From the NCBI GenBank assembly GCA_030587475.2, contig JAUQYZ020000035.1, positions 10,296 through 74,295 on the forward strand: a stretch of DNA of 64,000 nt, in the 5' to 3' direction. The position numbers were made by a program, and so were the translations under genes. Each line of letters starts with the position of its first letter. Positions within the stretch are counted from its first letter, which is position 1. Below the pieces are notes generated by a model that was not told the DNA's origin, ran no database searches, and was given only the letters and a program-made list of their open reading frames with translations. Shown piece by piece: positions 12,476-22,959 of this stretch. Source of the DNA: Candidatus Sigynarchaeum calidifontis (GTDB taxonomy: Archaea > Asgardarchaeota > Lokiarchaeia > Sigyniarchaeales > Sigyniarchaeaceae).

Positions 12476-13606
12476 ATGGTGATGTCGGCCTGGACTGCGG
12501 AGCAAGAACTCCAAGCGCTGCGCGATGCGATCAAGGCATACGCGCCCTCGTTCAAGGAGCAGCCGGTAGCCGCTATATTGAAACGGGTTTTTGATGGCCT
12601 TCCCGTCGCATTTTTTATCGACAAGTTCGGAAACGTGAAGGTAATTGCCGGCAAGGGGAGCCCCGTCCTGCTGATCGCATCCCATATGGATACCATTCCC
12701 AGCGAGTTGCCCTTCTACGAGGATGCCGAGTTCATCCACGGGCGCGGCGCAGTCGATTGCCGGGCATCGTTGCTGGCTATGGCGCTCGCCACGCGACGAG
12801 CGGTCGTTAAAGGATTCACAGGCACGGTCGTATTCGGCGGGATAGCTGCTGAAGAGGCTAGCACTGATGGCATCAAGGTGTTCCTCGAGGAAATGACCGA
12901 GAAGCCAGACTTCGCCATTTTCGGGGAACCAACGGGTGCCGGCAAGATCTGCATAGCCTACAAGGGCCGCGTGTGGTTAGGGTTATCTGTAACTTGCAAG
13001 CCCGGGCACGTGGCGGCCGCGTGGATACATGCCAACGCGATCGAGGCTATTACCGAGTTCTACCAGGAGCTCAAGGCTTCGCTGTGCGCGACCACGAAAG
13101 GCAAGGAACTGACCCCATACTTTACCCCTCGCGCATCGATCACGACGATCCATGCAGGCTCCATACCGAACATGCTGCCTGCTAGCGCCACCGCGGACGT
13201 GGACGTGCGGTTCCCGCCCGGGACGAAAAAGGAGCAAATCATCGAGACGGCCAACCAGATAAGGGATGCCATCGTCAAGCGGTACCAGGCGATCGACCCC
13301 GGTTTTTCCATGTCCATCGAGGTAAAAAGCAGCATCGATGCCATCCGGGTTCCACAAGACAGCGATACGTGCGAAATGCTAGCCGCTTGTGTCGAATCCA
13401 CCATTCATGAGAAACCAGCATTCGTGAAAAAGACAGGCACCACGTTCATGAACCACATAGGTGCATTCTTCGGCTGCCCGGTCGTGACGTACGGGCCTGG
13501 CGATCCTTCCCTGGAACACGGACCTGGCGAGAAGATTGCCAAGAAAGAGTTCTTGCAAGCCATTGACGTCCTCGAAGCGTTCATCTCGCGGATGGCAAAT
13601 CCCTAG
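12476..13606 (+). CDS. lysK: [LysW]-lysine/ornithine hydrolase (M20 peptidase)
   Basis: SHMDT, GRGAVD, EE, GEP, YGPGDPSLEH motifs; gene context. Confidence 0.85.
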   Translation: MVMSAWTAEQELQALRDAIKAYAPSFKEQPVAAILKRVFDGLPVAFFIDKFGNVKVIAGKGSPVLLIASHMDTIPSELPFYEDAEFIHGRGAVDCRASLLAMALATRRAVVKGFTGTVVFGGIAAEEASTDGIKVFLEEMTEKPDFAIFGEPTGAGKICIAYKGRVWLGLSVTCKPGHVAAAWIHANAIEAITEFYQELKASLCATTKGKELTPYFTPRASITTIHAGSIPNMLPASATADVDVRFPPGTKKEQIIETANQIRDAIVKRYQAIDPGFSMSIEVKSSIDAIRVPQDSDTCEMLAACVESTIHEKPAFVKKTGTTFMNHIGAFFGCPVVTYGPGDPSLEHGPGEKIAKKEFLQAIDVLEAFISRMANP

Positions 13607-14574
13607 GGTCCTTCGTGGCTCGCTTCGACGAACAAGGCAGCGAGGTCTTCGATCGTGTTGCTTTTTACTGCTCTTTCACGGAGCCGTTTCCCGCCGGGAA
13701 TGTTGGAAGAGAAGTAAATAGCCCACTTCCGGATTTCGTGGGGAAGGAGCAAGTGCTCCAAACCCCGGTGCTTGTTAGCCACGATAAAGGCCATGATGTC
13801 GCTAAATAATTGCCGTGCATCTTTCATTGTTTTCTTCACCGCTGGATTGTAAGACATCGAGAACACGCGAGGATCCTTCATGGCAGCCCGGCCGATCATG
13901 AACGCGTCGCAATAGTTCTTGTCGACGCGCGCCTTTCCACATGCGTGGTTCTTGATGTCCCCGTTGCCGACGAGAAACACGTCCGTTGCTTCGTGCACGG
14001 CCTTGATCGCATCCCAGTTGGCCGCTCCCTTGTAACCTTGCTGGCCGGTTCTGCCGTGGATCGCCACCCAGTCGATGTTCTTGTCCTTGAGACTTTGACA
14101 GAAACCAATGGTCATGGCCATGTCGGGTTGCTCTTTTCCGAACAGCCGCATCTTGATCGAGACCGGGCGGGAGGAATACTTCAACACGGCGTCGATCAAG
14201 GCGTCTCGTTCTTTGGGGTGTTCCAAGATCGAGGCTCCGAGACCTTGCATCTTGATCCGGCTGCTCGGGCAGCCCATGTTCAGGTTCAATCCCTGGATGT
14301 CATAACTTTCAAGAATGGCAATGACTTCCTTAACGGTAGTGATGTCATTACCGATCAGCTGGACGATGACAGGCCTGAAATCGAAACCACGGTCGTTGTC
14401 GAACAAGATATCCAACCTCTTGCAAAAAAACACCGGGTTTGCGTAAATTCCCTCCAGGAACATCATGGGAAGCACGACAACGTCGCAACCTTGCTGTTTG
14501 CACGAGTAGAGGAATCCGGGGTGGTCGGTGATGCCGACCATGGGGGCAAGAATGCTCGAGCCAGGTCTCATCAC
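13603..14574 (-). CDS. tRNA-dihydrouridine synthase (Dus family)
   Basis: LAPMVG, LNLNMGCP, SIKMR, IHGRT, GNGDI, MIGRAA motifs. Confidence 0.9.
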   Translation of the reverse strand: MMRPGSSILAPMVGITDHPGFLYSCKQQGCDVVVLPMMFLEGIYANPVFFCKRLDILFDNDRGFDFRPVIVQLIGNDITTVKEVIAILESYDIQGLNLNMGCPSSRIKMQGLGASILEHPKERDALIDAVLKYSSRPVSIKMRLFGKEQPDMAMTIGFCQSLKDKNIDWVAIHGRTGQQGYKGAANWDAIKAVHEATDVFLVGNGDIKNHACGKARVDKNYCDAFMIGRAAMKDPRVFSMSYNPAVKKTMKDARQLFSDIMAFIVANKHRGLEHLLLPHEIRKWAIYFSSNIPGGKRLRERAVKSNTIEDLAALFVEASHEGP

Positions 14575-14733
14575 TGGGAAGTGTCTGGGTGAAGATTAAA
14601 ATTCAACGCCTCACGTGATTTCTCACGTATGTCCCCGCGATTCCAGGTGAACGACGGGACGAGGATCTATTGACCATCAAAACATTCGATGGGAAACAGT
14701 ATCGCGAGATCATCATGGCATCAAACTAGCTGT

Positions 14734-14805
14734 GGGCGTGTAGTTCAGTGGTAGAACGCTCGCTTCGCAAGCGAGAGGCCGCGAGTTCAATTCTCGCCAC
14801 GTCCA
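14734..14805 (+). tRNA. tRNA-Ala(CGC)
   Basis: Acceptor stem GGGCGTG/CACGTCC with G3:U70; anticodon arm CTCGC-TTCGCAA-GCGAG; TTCAA T-loop; followed by a T-tract. Confidence 0.96.
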
Positions 14806-14973
14806 TTTTTCCTTTTACATTGATATTCGCAATTATTTTCAAATTTCTTTTATGCTTGATAAATAATTGTCAATCGGCATCTCGTATTGCCACCTGTCGA
14901 GCAACGAGCGATTGAAAATTCTTTTTTCCTCTCCTACACGGGTTTACTTGTTGAATCTCGAAGAGGCATTCAA

Positions 14974-16044
14974 ATGGATCCAAGGACCCGGTTTTTGTCC
15001 GTGTTCGATGGCGACCGGATGAATCTCGACCGCGTGCCCACGTTCGTCCAAGGCGTGCTGGCCGGTTTCATCAACAAGTACGAAAGTCAGCTGTTCGATG
15101 ATTATCCGGGGGAGCTGATATACAACACCACCTTCGATGCACCGCTGGTATTGGGTTTTGATGCCGTGTTTGCGGGGCTCCCACATTCTGTTGGTTGTAA
15201 GGCGTTTAATGTCATCGACGAGAATGGTGAATCGCATTCCGTTGGCTTGGGTGGTCAAGTCGAGCGTCATGGCTCCAATTACTACGTGGGTGGCCTGGTC
15301 AAGACAATGGAAGTCCTTGAAAAGCTAGAAGAGAACCTCATCGTTACCGAGAACCCGAAGGCCATCCAGGAGACCCTCTCGTTCTACGAAAAGGTGTCTC
15401 GCCTCATATTCCCCGTGCCCATGACAGGTGGAATCTTCGACACGACGTGGCAAGCAATGGGTTTTACTTCGTTTGCTAAGGAATATCGCAAAAACTCCAA
15501 GCTTTACAAGAATATCATCAAATTTTATGCAAATGTCACCAAGATAAACGTGCAGAAGGTCATCGAAGCCACGGGTGGGAAGTTTCGCATCATCAACATC
15601 CTCGACGACGTGGCCTTCAAGGGTAATCCAATGATCTCCCCCGAGCGCTGGGCGCAAGATATACTTCCTTATTACAAGGAAATTTGTGGCATGATCCACG
15701 ACGCGGGTATGCACGCGATCATGCATTCTGACGGTGACGTCACGACCCTCGTGCCGTACTTGAAGCAAGCAGGCTTCGAAGGGCTCCAGGGCTGGGAAGG
15801 CGGTGCCAGCCCGGCAATTATCAAGCAAAGATATCCCGACTTCGTTACGATCGGCTGGGGGGACGTGGGCAACATTCCATTTTGGAGCAAGGACGAGATT
15901 GAACGACATGTCAAGGGCATTCTCGACGAGCTCAAAGATAACCGTCATCTTGTCATTGGACCAAGTACGGTGATCTTCGAGAAGATGCCAATCGAAAACA
16001 TCCGTCATTTTATGAGTTCCGTAATGAAATACGGCTTCTACTAG
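14974..16044 (+). CDS. Uroporphyrinogen decarboxylase-family protein (UroD/MtaA-like)
   Basis: DDVAFKGNPMISPE, MHSDG, C-terminal MPIENI motifs. Confidence 0.8.
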   Translation: MDPRTRFLSVFDGDRMNLDRVPTFVQGVLAGFINKYESQLFDDYPGELIYNTTFDAPLVLGFDAVFAGLPHSVGCKAFNVIDENGESHSVGLGGQVERHGSNYYVGGLVKTMEVLEKLEENLIVTENPKAIQETLSFYEKVSRLIFPVPMTGGIFDTTWQAMGFTSFAKEYRKNSKLYKNIIKFYANVTKINVQKVIEATGGKFRIINILDDVAFKGNPMISPERWAQDILPYYKEICGMIHDAGMHAIMHSDGDVTTLVPYLKQAGFEGLQGWEGGASPAIIKQRYPDFVTIGWGDVGNIPFWSKDEIERHVKGILDELKDNRHLVIGPSTVIFEKMPIENIRHFMSSVMKYGFY

Positions 16045-16057
16045 GCAGGCATATACC

Positions 16058-17530
16058 ATGAGCGAGACTCCCATCGACTTTACTCCACTTTTCTACCCGA
16101 AGACAATGGCAGTTATTGGCGCCTCGACGAACCCAGTTGGGGCGGTCAAGTACGTGAAAGCCCACCTCAACAGCGGGATAAAGATCTTCCCCGTGAACAG
16201 CAATCCGAAGTACACCGAGCTCGAGGGCCTCCCCGTGTACCGGTCAGTCGTCGATATCAAGCCGGACATCGACCTCGCCATCATCGGCGTGCCGAAAGAA
16301 TTCGTTCCTGGTGTTATCGATGATTTCCAACGGAAAGTCGTGAAATTTGCCGTGATCTTCACCTCCGGGTTTAAAGAATCCGGGCGGGATGACCTGGAGA
16401 AGGCGATCTTGGCGAAGATCAAGAGCGTCAAGACCCGGTTCATCGGACCAAATTGCTTGGGGGTCTACCATCCCAAGGGACATCTCACCTATTTCCCCTC
16501 CTTTACGGCTGGGCCCGAACTCGCCGGGAACGTGAGCTTCATCAGCCAGTCCGGGGGACACACCGCGAAGACCAATCTTTACCTTATCACCCGTGGCGTG
16601 AAATTTGCGAAAACTGTTAGCATCGGGAACGCAATTGACGTTTCACCCGACGATTTCTTACCATACTTCAAAGAGGATCCTGACACGGCAGTGGTCGCCT
16701 ATTATATCGAGAGTAGCCGAAATGGCAAGCTATTCATGGATCGCTTGCGCAGTATCACCCCCGTGAAGCCTGTAGTGATTTGGAAGGGTGGCCAGGGCTC
16801 GGTTGGGAACACGGCAACAGCATCGCATACGGGAGAACTCGCGGGAAATTACAGGTTGTGGCAAGCGATGGCAAAGCAATCGGGGGCAATTCTCGCCGAG
16901 GACTTCGACTTGATGGCGGACTTGCTTACCATGTTTTCCTTCAAGCTCCCGCTGCCACGATCGAACCGGATTGCCATCGTCGCTTGTGGCGGAGGCAATG
17001 CAGTCGAGACGGCGGACATCTTCGAAGCCGGCGGCTTTAAAATACCAGAATTACAAGAGGAAACCAAGAAGAAGATCGGTAAATTCATCCCTGACATCAA
17101 TTCATCGTTCACGAATCCTGTTGATTTGGGAGAATATGGTTACGTGCCAGATTACTTCGCCAACGCGGTCGACATCGTCGCGCGCGATCCCAACGTGGAC
17201 GCGGTAGTCTATATTAAGGAATCATCGCGGTTTCCCATGTTCAGCATCAATTTCCTTATGAGTGCAGAAGAATACGAAGCCAAGACCATCAAAACGTTGG
17301 TCAGCATTAATGAAAAAAACAAAACGGAAGGCCGCAACATTCCATTGTACTTGAACGACCCGCTCATCTCGGAATCCCTCGAATCTTTTCAATGGCGCGT
17401 GTCATTCCGGGACAAGCTCGCGGCCTTGGGCATCCCGGTTTTTAACCGTGTCGACGTGCTAATGAAGGCCATTAAAAAAGCTCACGAATACCAGAAATTT
17501 CTCGATGACATCAAGAACAGAAAAAAATAG
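16058..17530 (+). CDS. ADP-forming acyl-CoA synthetase alpha subunit
   Basis: AVIGAS, TSGFKE, IGPNCLG, ISQSGG, SIGN, ASHTG phospho-His, NPVD motifs. Confidence 0.88.
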   Translation: MSETPIDFTPLFYPKTMAVIGASTNPVGAVKYVKAHLNSGIKIFPVNSNPKYTELEGLPVYRSVVDIKPDIDLAIIGVPKEFVPGVIDDFQRKVVKFAVIFTSGFKESGRDDLEKAILAKIKSVKTRFIGPNCLGVYHPKGHLTYFPSFTAGPELAGNVSFISQSGGHTAKTNLYLITRGVKFAKTVSIGNAIDVSPDDFLPYFKEDPDTAVVAYYIESSRNGKLFMDRLRSITPVKPVVIWKGGQGSVGNTATASHTGELAGNYRLWQAMAKQSGAILAEDFDLMADLLTMFSFKLPLPRSNRIAIVACGGGNAVETADIFEAGGFKIPELQEETKKKIGKFIPDINSSFTNPVDLGEYGYVPDYFANAVDIVARDPNVDAVVYIKESSRFPMFSINFLMSAEEYEAKTIKTLVSINEKNKTEGRNIPLYLNDPLISESLESFQWRVSFRDKLAALGIPVFNRVDVLMKAIKKAHEYQKFLDDIKNRKK

Positions 17531-17548
17531 GAATTAATTTTTAAAAAT

Positions 17549-18304
17549 TTACTTCTTTACCTTTCCTTGCGCGGCGACGGATTCCATAGCCGCCTTCACT
17601 TTGTCTGGATCGCCAATATAATAATGCTTGATCGGTTTTAAATTGTCGTCGAGCTCGTAGACGAGCGGGATGCCGGTCGGGATGTTCAATTCCACGATCT
17701 CCGCGTCGGAAATGTTATCGAGGTACTTGACAAGTGCACGGAGCGAATTCCCGTGTGCGGAGATCAGCACTTGCTTCCCCGATTTCACCGCGGGCGCGAT
17801 CACGTCCTTCCAGAATGGCAGAAACCGAGCCACCGTGTCCTTCAAGCATTCCGTGAGCGGGATGTCTGTTTCCTTCATGTCCTTGTAAAGCGGATCCTTC
17901 CCTGGATACCGTTCATCCGTCTTATCCAGCTTCGGTGGCGGGACATCGTAGCTCCGGCGCCAGATCTTGACTTGCTCCTCGCCGTATTTCGCCGCCGTCT
18001 CCGCCTTGTTCAAGCCTTGCAGCGCGCCATAATGCCGCTCGTTCAATCGCCACGATTTCACGACCGGGATCCCTTTCAAGCCCATCTCTTCGAGTATAAT
18101 ATCGAGTGTCTTGATCGCCCGATTGAGCACCGACGTATATGCGATGTCAAACACGAATCCTTCTTTCTTGAGTATTTTTCCGCATTCATGTGCTTCCTGG
18201 ACGCCTTTTTCCGAGAGATCCACGTCTGTCCAGCCCGTAAATCTTGATGGCTCCTTATTCCATTCGCTTTCGCCATGCCTTACGAGCACAATTTTTTTCG
18301 CCAT
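17549..18304 (-). CDS. gpmA: 2,3-bisphosphoglycerate-dependent phosphoglycerate mutase
   Basis: [42 protein letters not shown] motifs. Confidence 0.96.
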   Translation of the reverse strand: MAKKIVLVRHGESEWNKEPSRFTGWTDVDLSEKGVQEAHECGKILKKEGFVFDIAYTSVLNRAIKTLDIILEEMGLKGIPVVKSWRLNERHYGALQGLNKAETAAKYGEEQVKIWRRSYDVPPPKLDKTDERYPGKDPLYKDMKETDIPLTECLKDTVARFLPFWKDVIAPAVKSGKQVLISAHGNSLRALVKYLDNISDAEIVELNIPTGIPLVYELDDNLKPIKHYYIGDPDKVKAAMESVAAQGKVKK

Positions 18305-18437
18305 GGTCATCAACATGTTGATGGTTTTGCTGATACTGGATTCTCACATTCGCCGGGGGGGTTGATTTGTACGTGGAACCATTCCACCACGTTCAACGCG
18401 ACTCCTAGGGATCTCGTGGCAGTGTCTTAACAAGGTT

Positions 18438-19094
18438 TTACTTTTTAACCGCTGCTGCAATGCAACGGGCAATTGCCTCGCCGCATACCTTGTTTCCCGC
18501 CTCCGTGAAATGTACCCCGTCAAGAACCACGAGTTCGGGTCGCGCGTACTTGTTGATCTCGTCACCACGCATTGCCTTGTTCACGTCACAAAAAATGGCT
18601 CGTTTTTTCTTGCATAGCACCTCGATCTTCAAGTTCGCATCGTTCACTGTGTCGAGCATTGATTTCGTCAGCATTTTCACGTTACCCATTGGCGGGATGC
18701 TACATAATATCACGCGGGTCTCTTTACAGCCCGGGTGGGATTGAATGATATTGATCCCCCTTGCATATTCTTCGATGATACCATCCACGATCTCGTTTTC
18801 GAAACCAGTCATCGCCGCGGCAAAATGCCAAATGTCGTTAGTACCGCCCATGATCGTCACCACGTCAGCCGGCAACGCGGGCTCTATCCTGGCAACTATC
18901 TGCCCGATGGTCTGACCGCCGATACCGAGGTTCCAGATGTCGACATCGATCCCCTTGTTCTTCAAGAACTTATACATGAACCACTGGTACTGCGCCGGGT
19001 TGCCGTGGCGATGTTCCGGTGGCGCGCCGCCTTGGGTCAGCGAGTCACCCATGGTCACGACCTTAAATGGCCCACTTCGGTTCTTCTCGGCCAT
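18438..19094 (-). CDS. SGNH/GDSL hydrolase
   Basis: GDSLT, NLGIGG, GGTND, DGVH blocks. Confidence 0.9.
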   Translation of the reverse strand: MAEKNRSGPFKVVTMGDSLTQGGAPPEHRHGNPAQYQWFMYKFLKNKGIDVDIWNLGIGGQTIGQIVARIEPALPADVVTIMGGTNDIWHFAAAMTGFENEIVDGIIEEYARGINIIQSHPGCKETRVILCSIPPMGNVKMLTKSMLDTVNDANLKIEVLCKKKRAIFCDVNKAMRGDEINKYARPELVVLDGVHFTEAGNKVCGEAIARCIAAAVKK

Positions 19095-19262
19095 ATGTAT
19101 CGAGAGTGTAAAGTGTTTCTAATCGCTTTCGATTGGAAATAGTTAACGCTTCTTGACTTGGCGCGTGGACGTATGACGTGAAGTTTTTTTGATAGCGCGT
19201 CACAATCATTGTTAGCACGTTTCATATGACAAGGAATCGTAATCAGACGAGGTTTGAAACAC

Positions 19263-20075
19263 ATGAGCGGTCAAATTCGCGGGGACAAGCGAATGGACTT
19301 CGGTAAATACATCATCGCGCATATCAAGATTGGTGGTCGCCGGTTCGAGATCCTCGTCGATCCCGACAAGTCATGGGACTTGAAAAAGCAAATTCGCCAG
19401 TTCCAGAAGGAAAAGGAGAAGGAACTGAACAAGGCATACAAAGTAACCGTCGATGACGTTCTCAAGTTCTCGAAAGTGCCGATGGACCAGATCGTCGAGA
19501 GCTATATCGTGTTCGAGGACATCCGGCGCGGCGAGAAAATGTCCGAAGAGACGATCAAGGAGGCATTCCAGACGGATAATGTGAACCGGGTCATCGCGGA
19601 AATCCTCTTGAACGGCGAGTTACAGCTTAACAAGGAGCAGCGCGAGAAGTTCATCTCTGAAAAGAAAAAGAAGCTCCTAGACATTCTTACGAAGAATTGT
19701 ATCAACCCGCAGACCCAAAAGCCCCACCCGCCACAACGGATCGAGCGTGCCTTGGAGGAGGCAAAGGTCAACATAGATCCGTTCAACCCGATCGAGGATC
19801 AAGTAGAAATGGTTGTTAAAGCCCTCCAACCTGTCATCCCGATACGAATGGAGCGGCAGCAGATGTCGGTTTCGATCCCGGCCGAGTTTACAGGCAAGGC
19901 TTATAACCTGGTCAAGACGCTCGCCTCGATCACGAAGGAAGATTGGAAATCGAACGGTAGCCTGGATTGTATAATCGAGATCCCGGCGGGTATATCTGTT
20001 GAATTTCTCGATAAACTCAACAAGATCACCCACGGACGTGCCATGACGAAGATCATAGAGGCAAAAAAGGTTTAG
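19263..20075 (+). CDS. Ribosome maturation factor SBDS/Sdo1
   Basis: RFEILVDP, NPQTQKPHPPQRIERALEEAKVNIDPF; precedes the exosome genes (alternative start 19293). Confidence 0.93.
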   Translation: MSGQIRGDKRMDFGKYIIAHIKIGGRRFEILVDPDKSWDLKKQIRQFQKEKEKELNKAYKVTVDDVLKFSKVPMDQIVESYIVFEDIRRGEKMSEETIKEAFQTDNVNRVIAEILLNGELQLNKEQREKFISEKKKKLLDILTKNCINPQTQKPHPPQRIERALEEAKVNIDPFNPIEDQVEMVVKALQPVIPIRMERQQMSVSIPAEFTGKAYNLVKTLASITKEDWKSNGSLDCIIEIPAGISVEFLDKLNKITHGRAMTKIIEAKKV

Positions 20076-20302
20076 GCCGGATTTCCGAGCGAACCCAAGC
20101 ACATGTCGGTTCCTCTTTCCCCCTTTCTCTATATGGAAAAATTAATAAATATTCCACTTTTCATTCTCCTTGGTGAGAAAACAGCGTAGGCATCTCGCGT
20201 CCTCGGACGGAGATAGCATATATATTTGATGTGTTGTGTTTTTCACCTCCTTTTGAAGAGCATTTCGATGCAATGGTGGAAGTAACGAGGTCTTGAGTTA
20301 GT

Positions 20303-21253
20303 ATGAGCGAGTTTCATGAAGAAGGGGGTTCCGAGAACGAAATCCCCGAGGAAGAACGTGCTGAGGACGACATCGCCGATTCTAACACCTTTGACGAGGA
20401 CGATAATCTTGATGATGCGGATCACGGCGAGGCTCCCTTGGAAGAGGGTCCGCAAAAGTTTGACGGCGAGGAGGAAGGGGGGCAAGAAGAATCCGGCATG
20501 AGGGAGGTCGTCACCCCTGGCCAAGTACTCGGTGCGAGGAACAAGGACATGCTTCCTGGCTTTGGAACGGTCATCGATCCAAAAGGCAATATCATTTCGT
20601 TGTACGTGGGATTTTTGCAGAAGCATGGCAAGTATGTAAACGTGATTCCTTTCAAGGGCAAGTACATGCCCCGGGTCGGTGACAAGGTCATCGGCAAGAT
20701 CATTGATAAAAACGTCGTCCTATGGAAGCTTGATATTAATGCGCCATGCGTGGCCATCTTGCGAGCTGGTGATGCTGGTGAGGGCGACCGTGGTCGTCAT
20801 GAATATGGTAGCGGCGGTAGCAGGGGTGGCACCCAACAAGTCCGGCGGCGCTTTGACCGGGGTGGCAAGAAAGAGGATACATCCCAATATAACGTCGGAG
20901 ACATAATAATCGCAAAAGTCTTGAAATATGACCGCACGACCGAACCGACCTTGACAACTGTCGGTCCAGATCTTGGTCAAATACGTGGCGGTTTCATAAT
21001 GGACATCGCAGTGCCGAAGATACCTCGGCTCATCGGGAAAGCAGGTTCCATGATCAAGTTATTGAATACGCTAACTTCTTGCAAGCTATTTGTTGCCCAG
21101 AATGGTGTTGTATGGATCAAGGGTAAAAAAATTGACGAGGAGCGTCTCCTCATCAAAACAATCAAAAAGATCGAGAACGAGGCACACACAGTCGGTTTAA
21201 CCGATCGTGTCAAGGAATTCGTTCAAAGCGAGATGAAAAAGGTAAAAGCGTGA
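20303..21253 (+). CDS. rrp4: Exosome RNA-binding subunit Rrp4
   Basis: VVTPGQ, YMPRVGDKVIGKI (S1), KIPRLIGKAGSMI (KH), QNGVVWI. Confidence 0.93.
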   Translation: MSEFHEEGGSENEIPEEERAEDDIADSNTFDEDDNLDDADHGEAPLEEGPQKFDGEEEGGQEESGMREVVTPGQVLGARNKDMLPGFGTVIDPKGNIISLYVGFLQKHGKYVNVIPFKGKYMPRVGDKVIGKIIDKNVVLWKLDINAPCVAILRAGDAGEGDRGRHEYGSGGSRGGTQQVRRRFDRGGKKEDTSQYNVGDIIIAKVLKYDRTTEPTLTTVGPDLGQIRGGFIMDIAVPKIPRLIGKAGSMIKLLNTLTSCKLFVAQNGVVWIKGKKIDEERLLIKTIKKIENEAHTVGLTDRVKEFVQSEMKKVKA

Positions 21254-21259
21254 ACAATT

Positions 21260-22012
21260 ATGCCATTGTTACCAGAAGGACATCCCGAGAAGATTTTCAG
21301 GGAAGATGGATTACGTCTCGATGGACGGAAGCCGGACGAACTTCGGGAAATCCGCCTCGAGATCGGCGTGCTCAAGAATGCTGATGGCTCGGCAATGATA
21401 TGTCACGGGAAGAATCGCATAATCGCTGGCGCCTATGGGCCGCGTGAAGTGCATCCGCGCCATCTGGCACAGTCTGATACAGGTATATTGCAAGTGCAAT
21501 ATCGAATGGCAACATTTTCGGTGGGTGAGAGAAAAACCCCCGTGCCTGGTCGCCGGGAGAAGGAGATCAGCATGGTGGTACAGCATGCACTGGAACCCGT
21601 GCTTTTTCTCGAGCAATATCCGAACTCGACGATCGATGTCTTCATCCAGGTAATGACCGCGGACGGCGGTACCCGGTGCGCGAGCATCACTGCTGCGGCG
21701 CTGGCCTTGGCGGATATGGGTATTCCCATGCGGGACCTGGTTACCGGAGTTGCCGTGGGGAAGATCAACAACAAGCCCATCCTTGACCTTGCCGATTACG
21801 AGGACAAGTGGGAAGAAGGTGCTGCGGATATGCCCGTGGCAGTTATGATGAACGAGAAAAAGATCACCCTCTTGCAGCTGGACGGCCAGGTTGGTATCGA
21901 CGAGTACGAGCAGATGCTCAACCTTGCGCTCAAGGGCGCGGAGAAAATTTATGAGCTCCAGAAGGAGGCACTTAGAAAGAAATACACTTCGGAACTGGTC
22001 GGAGGACGGTGA
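21260..22012 (+). CDS. rrp41: Exosome phosphorolytic subunit Rrp41
   Basis: RLDGRKPDELR, YGPREVHPRH, ADGGTRCA motifs. Confidence 0.95.
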   Translation: MPLLPEGHPEKIFREDGLRLDGRKPDELREIRLEIGVLKNADGSAMICHGKNRIIAGAYGPREVHPRHLAQSDTGILQVQYRMATFSVGERKTPVPGRREKEISMVVQHALEPVLFLEQYPNSTIDVFIQVMTADGGTRCASITAAALALADMGIPMRDLVTGVAVGKINNKPILDLADYEDKWEEGAADMPVAVMMNEKKITLLQLDGQVGIDEYEQMLNLALKGAEKIYELQKEALRKKYTSELVGGR

Positions 22013-22017
22013 TCGCG

Positions 22018-22857
22018 ATGGACTTGTCGATTTCGAAGAAAATTTCTACTATCGAGAAGGATTATATTCTCGATTTACTCTCGCGCGGAACGCGCCTAGA
22101 TGGCCGAGGTTTTCTCGAATACCGGGAGATCAAGATCGACGCTGGCCCCATGTTGAAAGCGGAAGGTTCCGCGCGCGTTTGTATTGGTGACACGCAAGTC
22201 TGCTGCGGTATCAAGTACGAGACAGGAGCCCCTTTTCCCGACACTCCGAATGAGGGCGTGATCACGGCTATGGCGGAGTTCGTTCCCTTCGCGTCTCCCA
22301 TGTTCGAGAGCGGGCCACCAGACGAGAACGCGATCGAGCTGGCGCGCGTGGTAGACCGGGGCATACGGCACTCGGATCTGGTTGATAGATCGCGGTTGGT
22401 TATCAAGCCAGGCGAGGAGGTGTTCTTGTTATTCGTCGATCTCTATTACATGATGCACAACGGGAATCCTTGGGATACAGCCAGCCTTGCCGCACTCTGT
22501 GCGCTCAAGTCAACGATGATCCCCACCCTTAGGGAGAAAGACGTCAACGGCAAGAAATTTCTCGTTCCGGAAGGCGAGCCACAACTCTTGGGCATCCAGG
22601 ATTATCCGGTCACCATCACCTTTGCAAAGATCGGTGATTACATGATCGTTGATCCTGGTTTAATGGAAGAACTCATTTCCGATGCACGCATCAGCTATTG
22701 CATCAATAAAAACGGATTGATAACCTCGATCCAGAAAAACGGGGCGGGAGCATTCACGACCGAGGAACTCGTCAAGGCCGCGAGGAATGCCAGGGACTTG
22801 GCTCCCGCCTTGCAGCAGAGGGTCAAAGACTACACGCGGGATCTCACCAACATGTAG
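22018..22857 (+). CDS. rrp42: Exosome subunit Rrp42
   Basis: KAEGSA, PFPDTPNEG, ESGPPDENAIELARVVDRGIR; GGTGA SD 5 nt before the ATG. Confidence 0.95.
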   Translation: MDLSISKKISTIEKDYILDLLSRGTRLDGRGFLEYREIKIDAGPMLKAEGSARVCIGDTQVCCGIKYETGAPFPDTPNEGVITAMAEFVPFASPMFESGPPDENAIELARVVDRGIRHSDLVDRSRLVIKPGEEVFLLFVDLYYMMHNGNPWDTASLAALCALKSTMIPTLREKDVNGKKFLVPEGEPQLLGIQDYPVTITFAKIGDYMIVDPGLMEELISDARISYCINKNGLITSIQKNGAGAFTTEELVKAARNARDLAPALQQRVKDYTRDLTNM

Positions 22858-22959
22858 TTCCCATGATTTTTTTTTTCGTGTAACAAAATCTTCCTCGCCA
22901 AGGGGACACCATTTAATATGGCGTTGCATTGATTTGTTATAGCGCAAAGGTGTTCAAGC

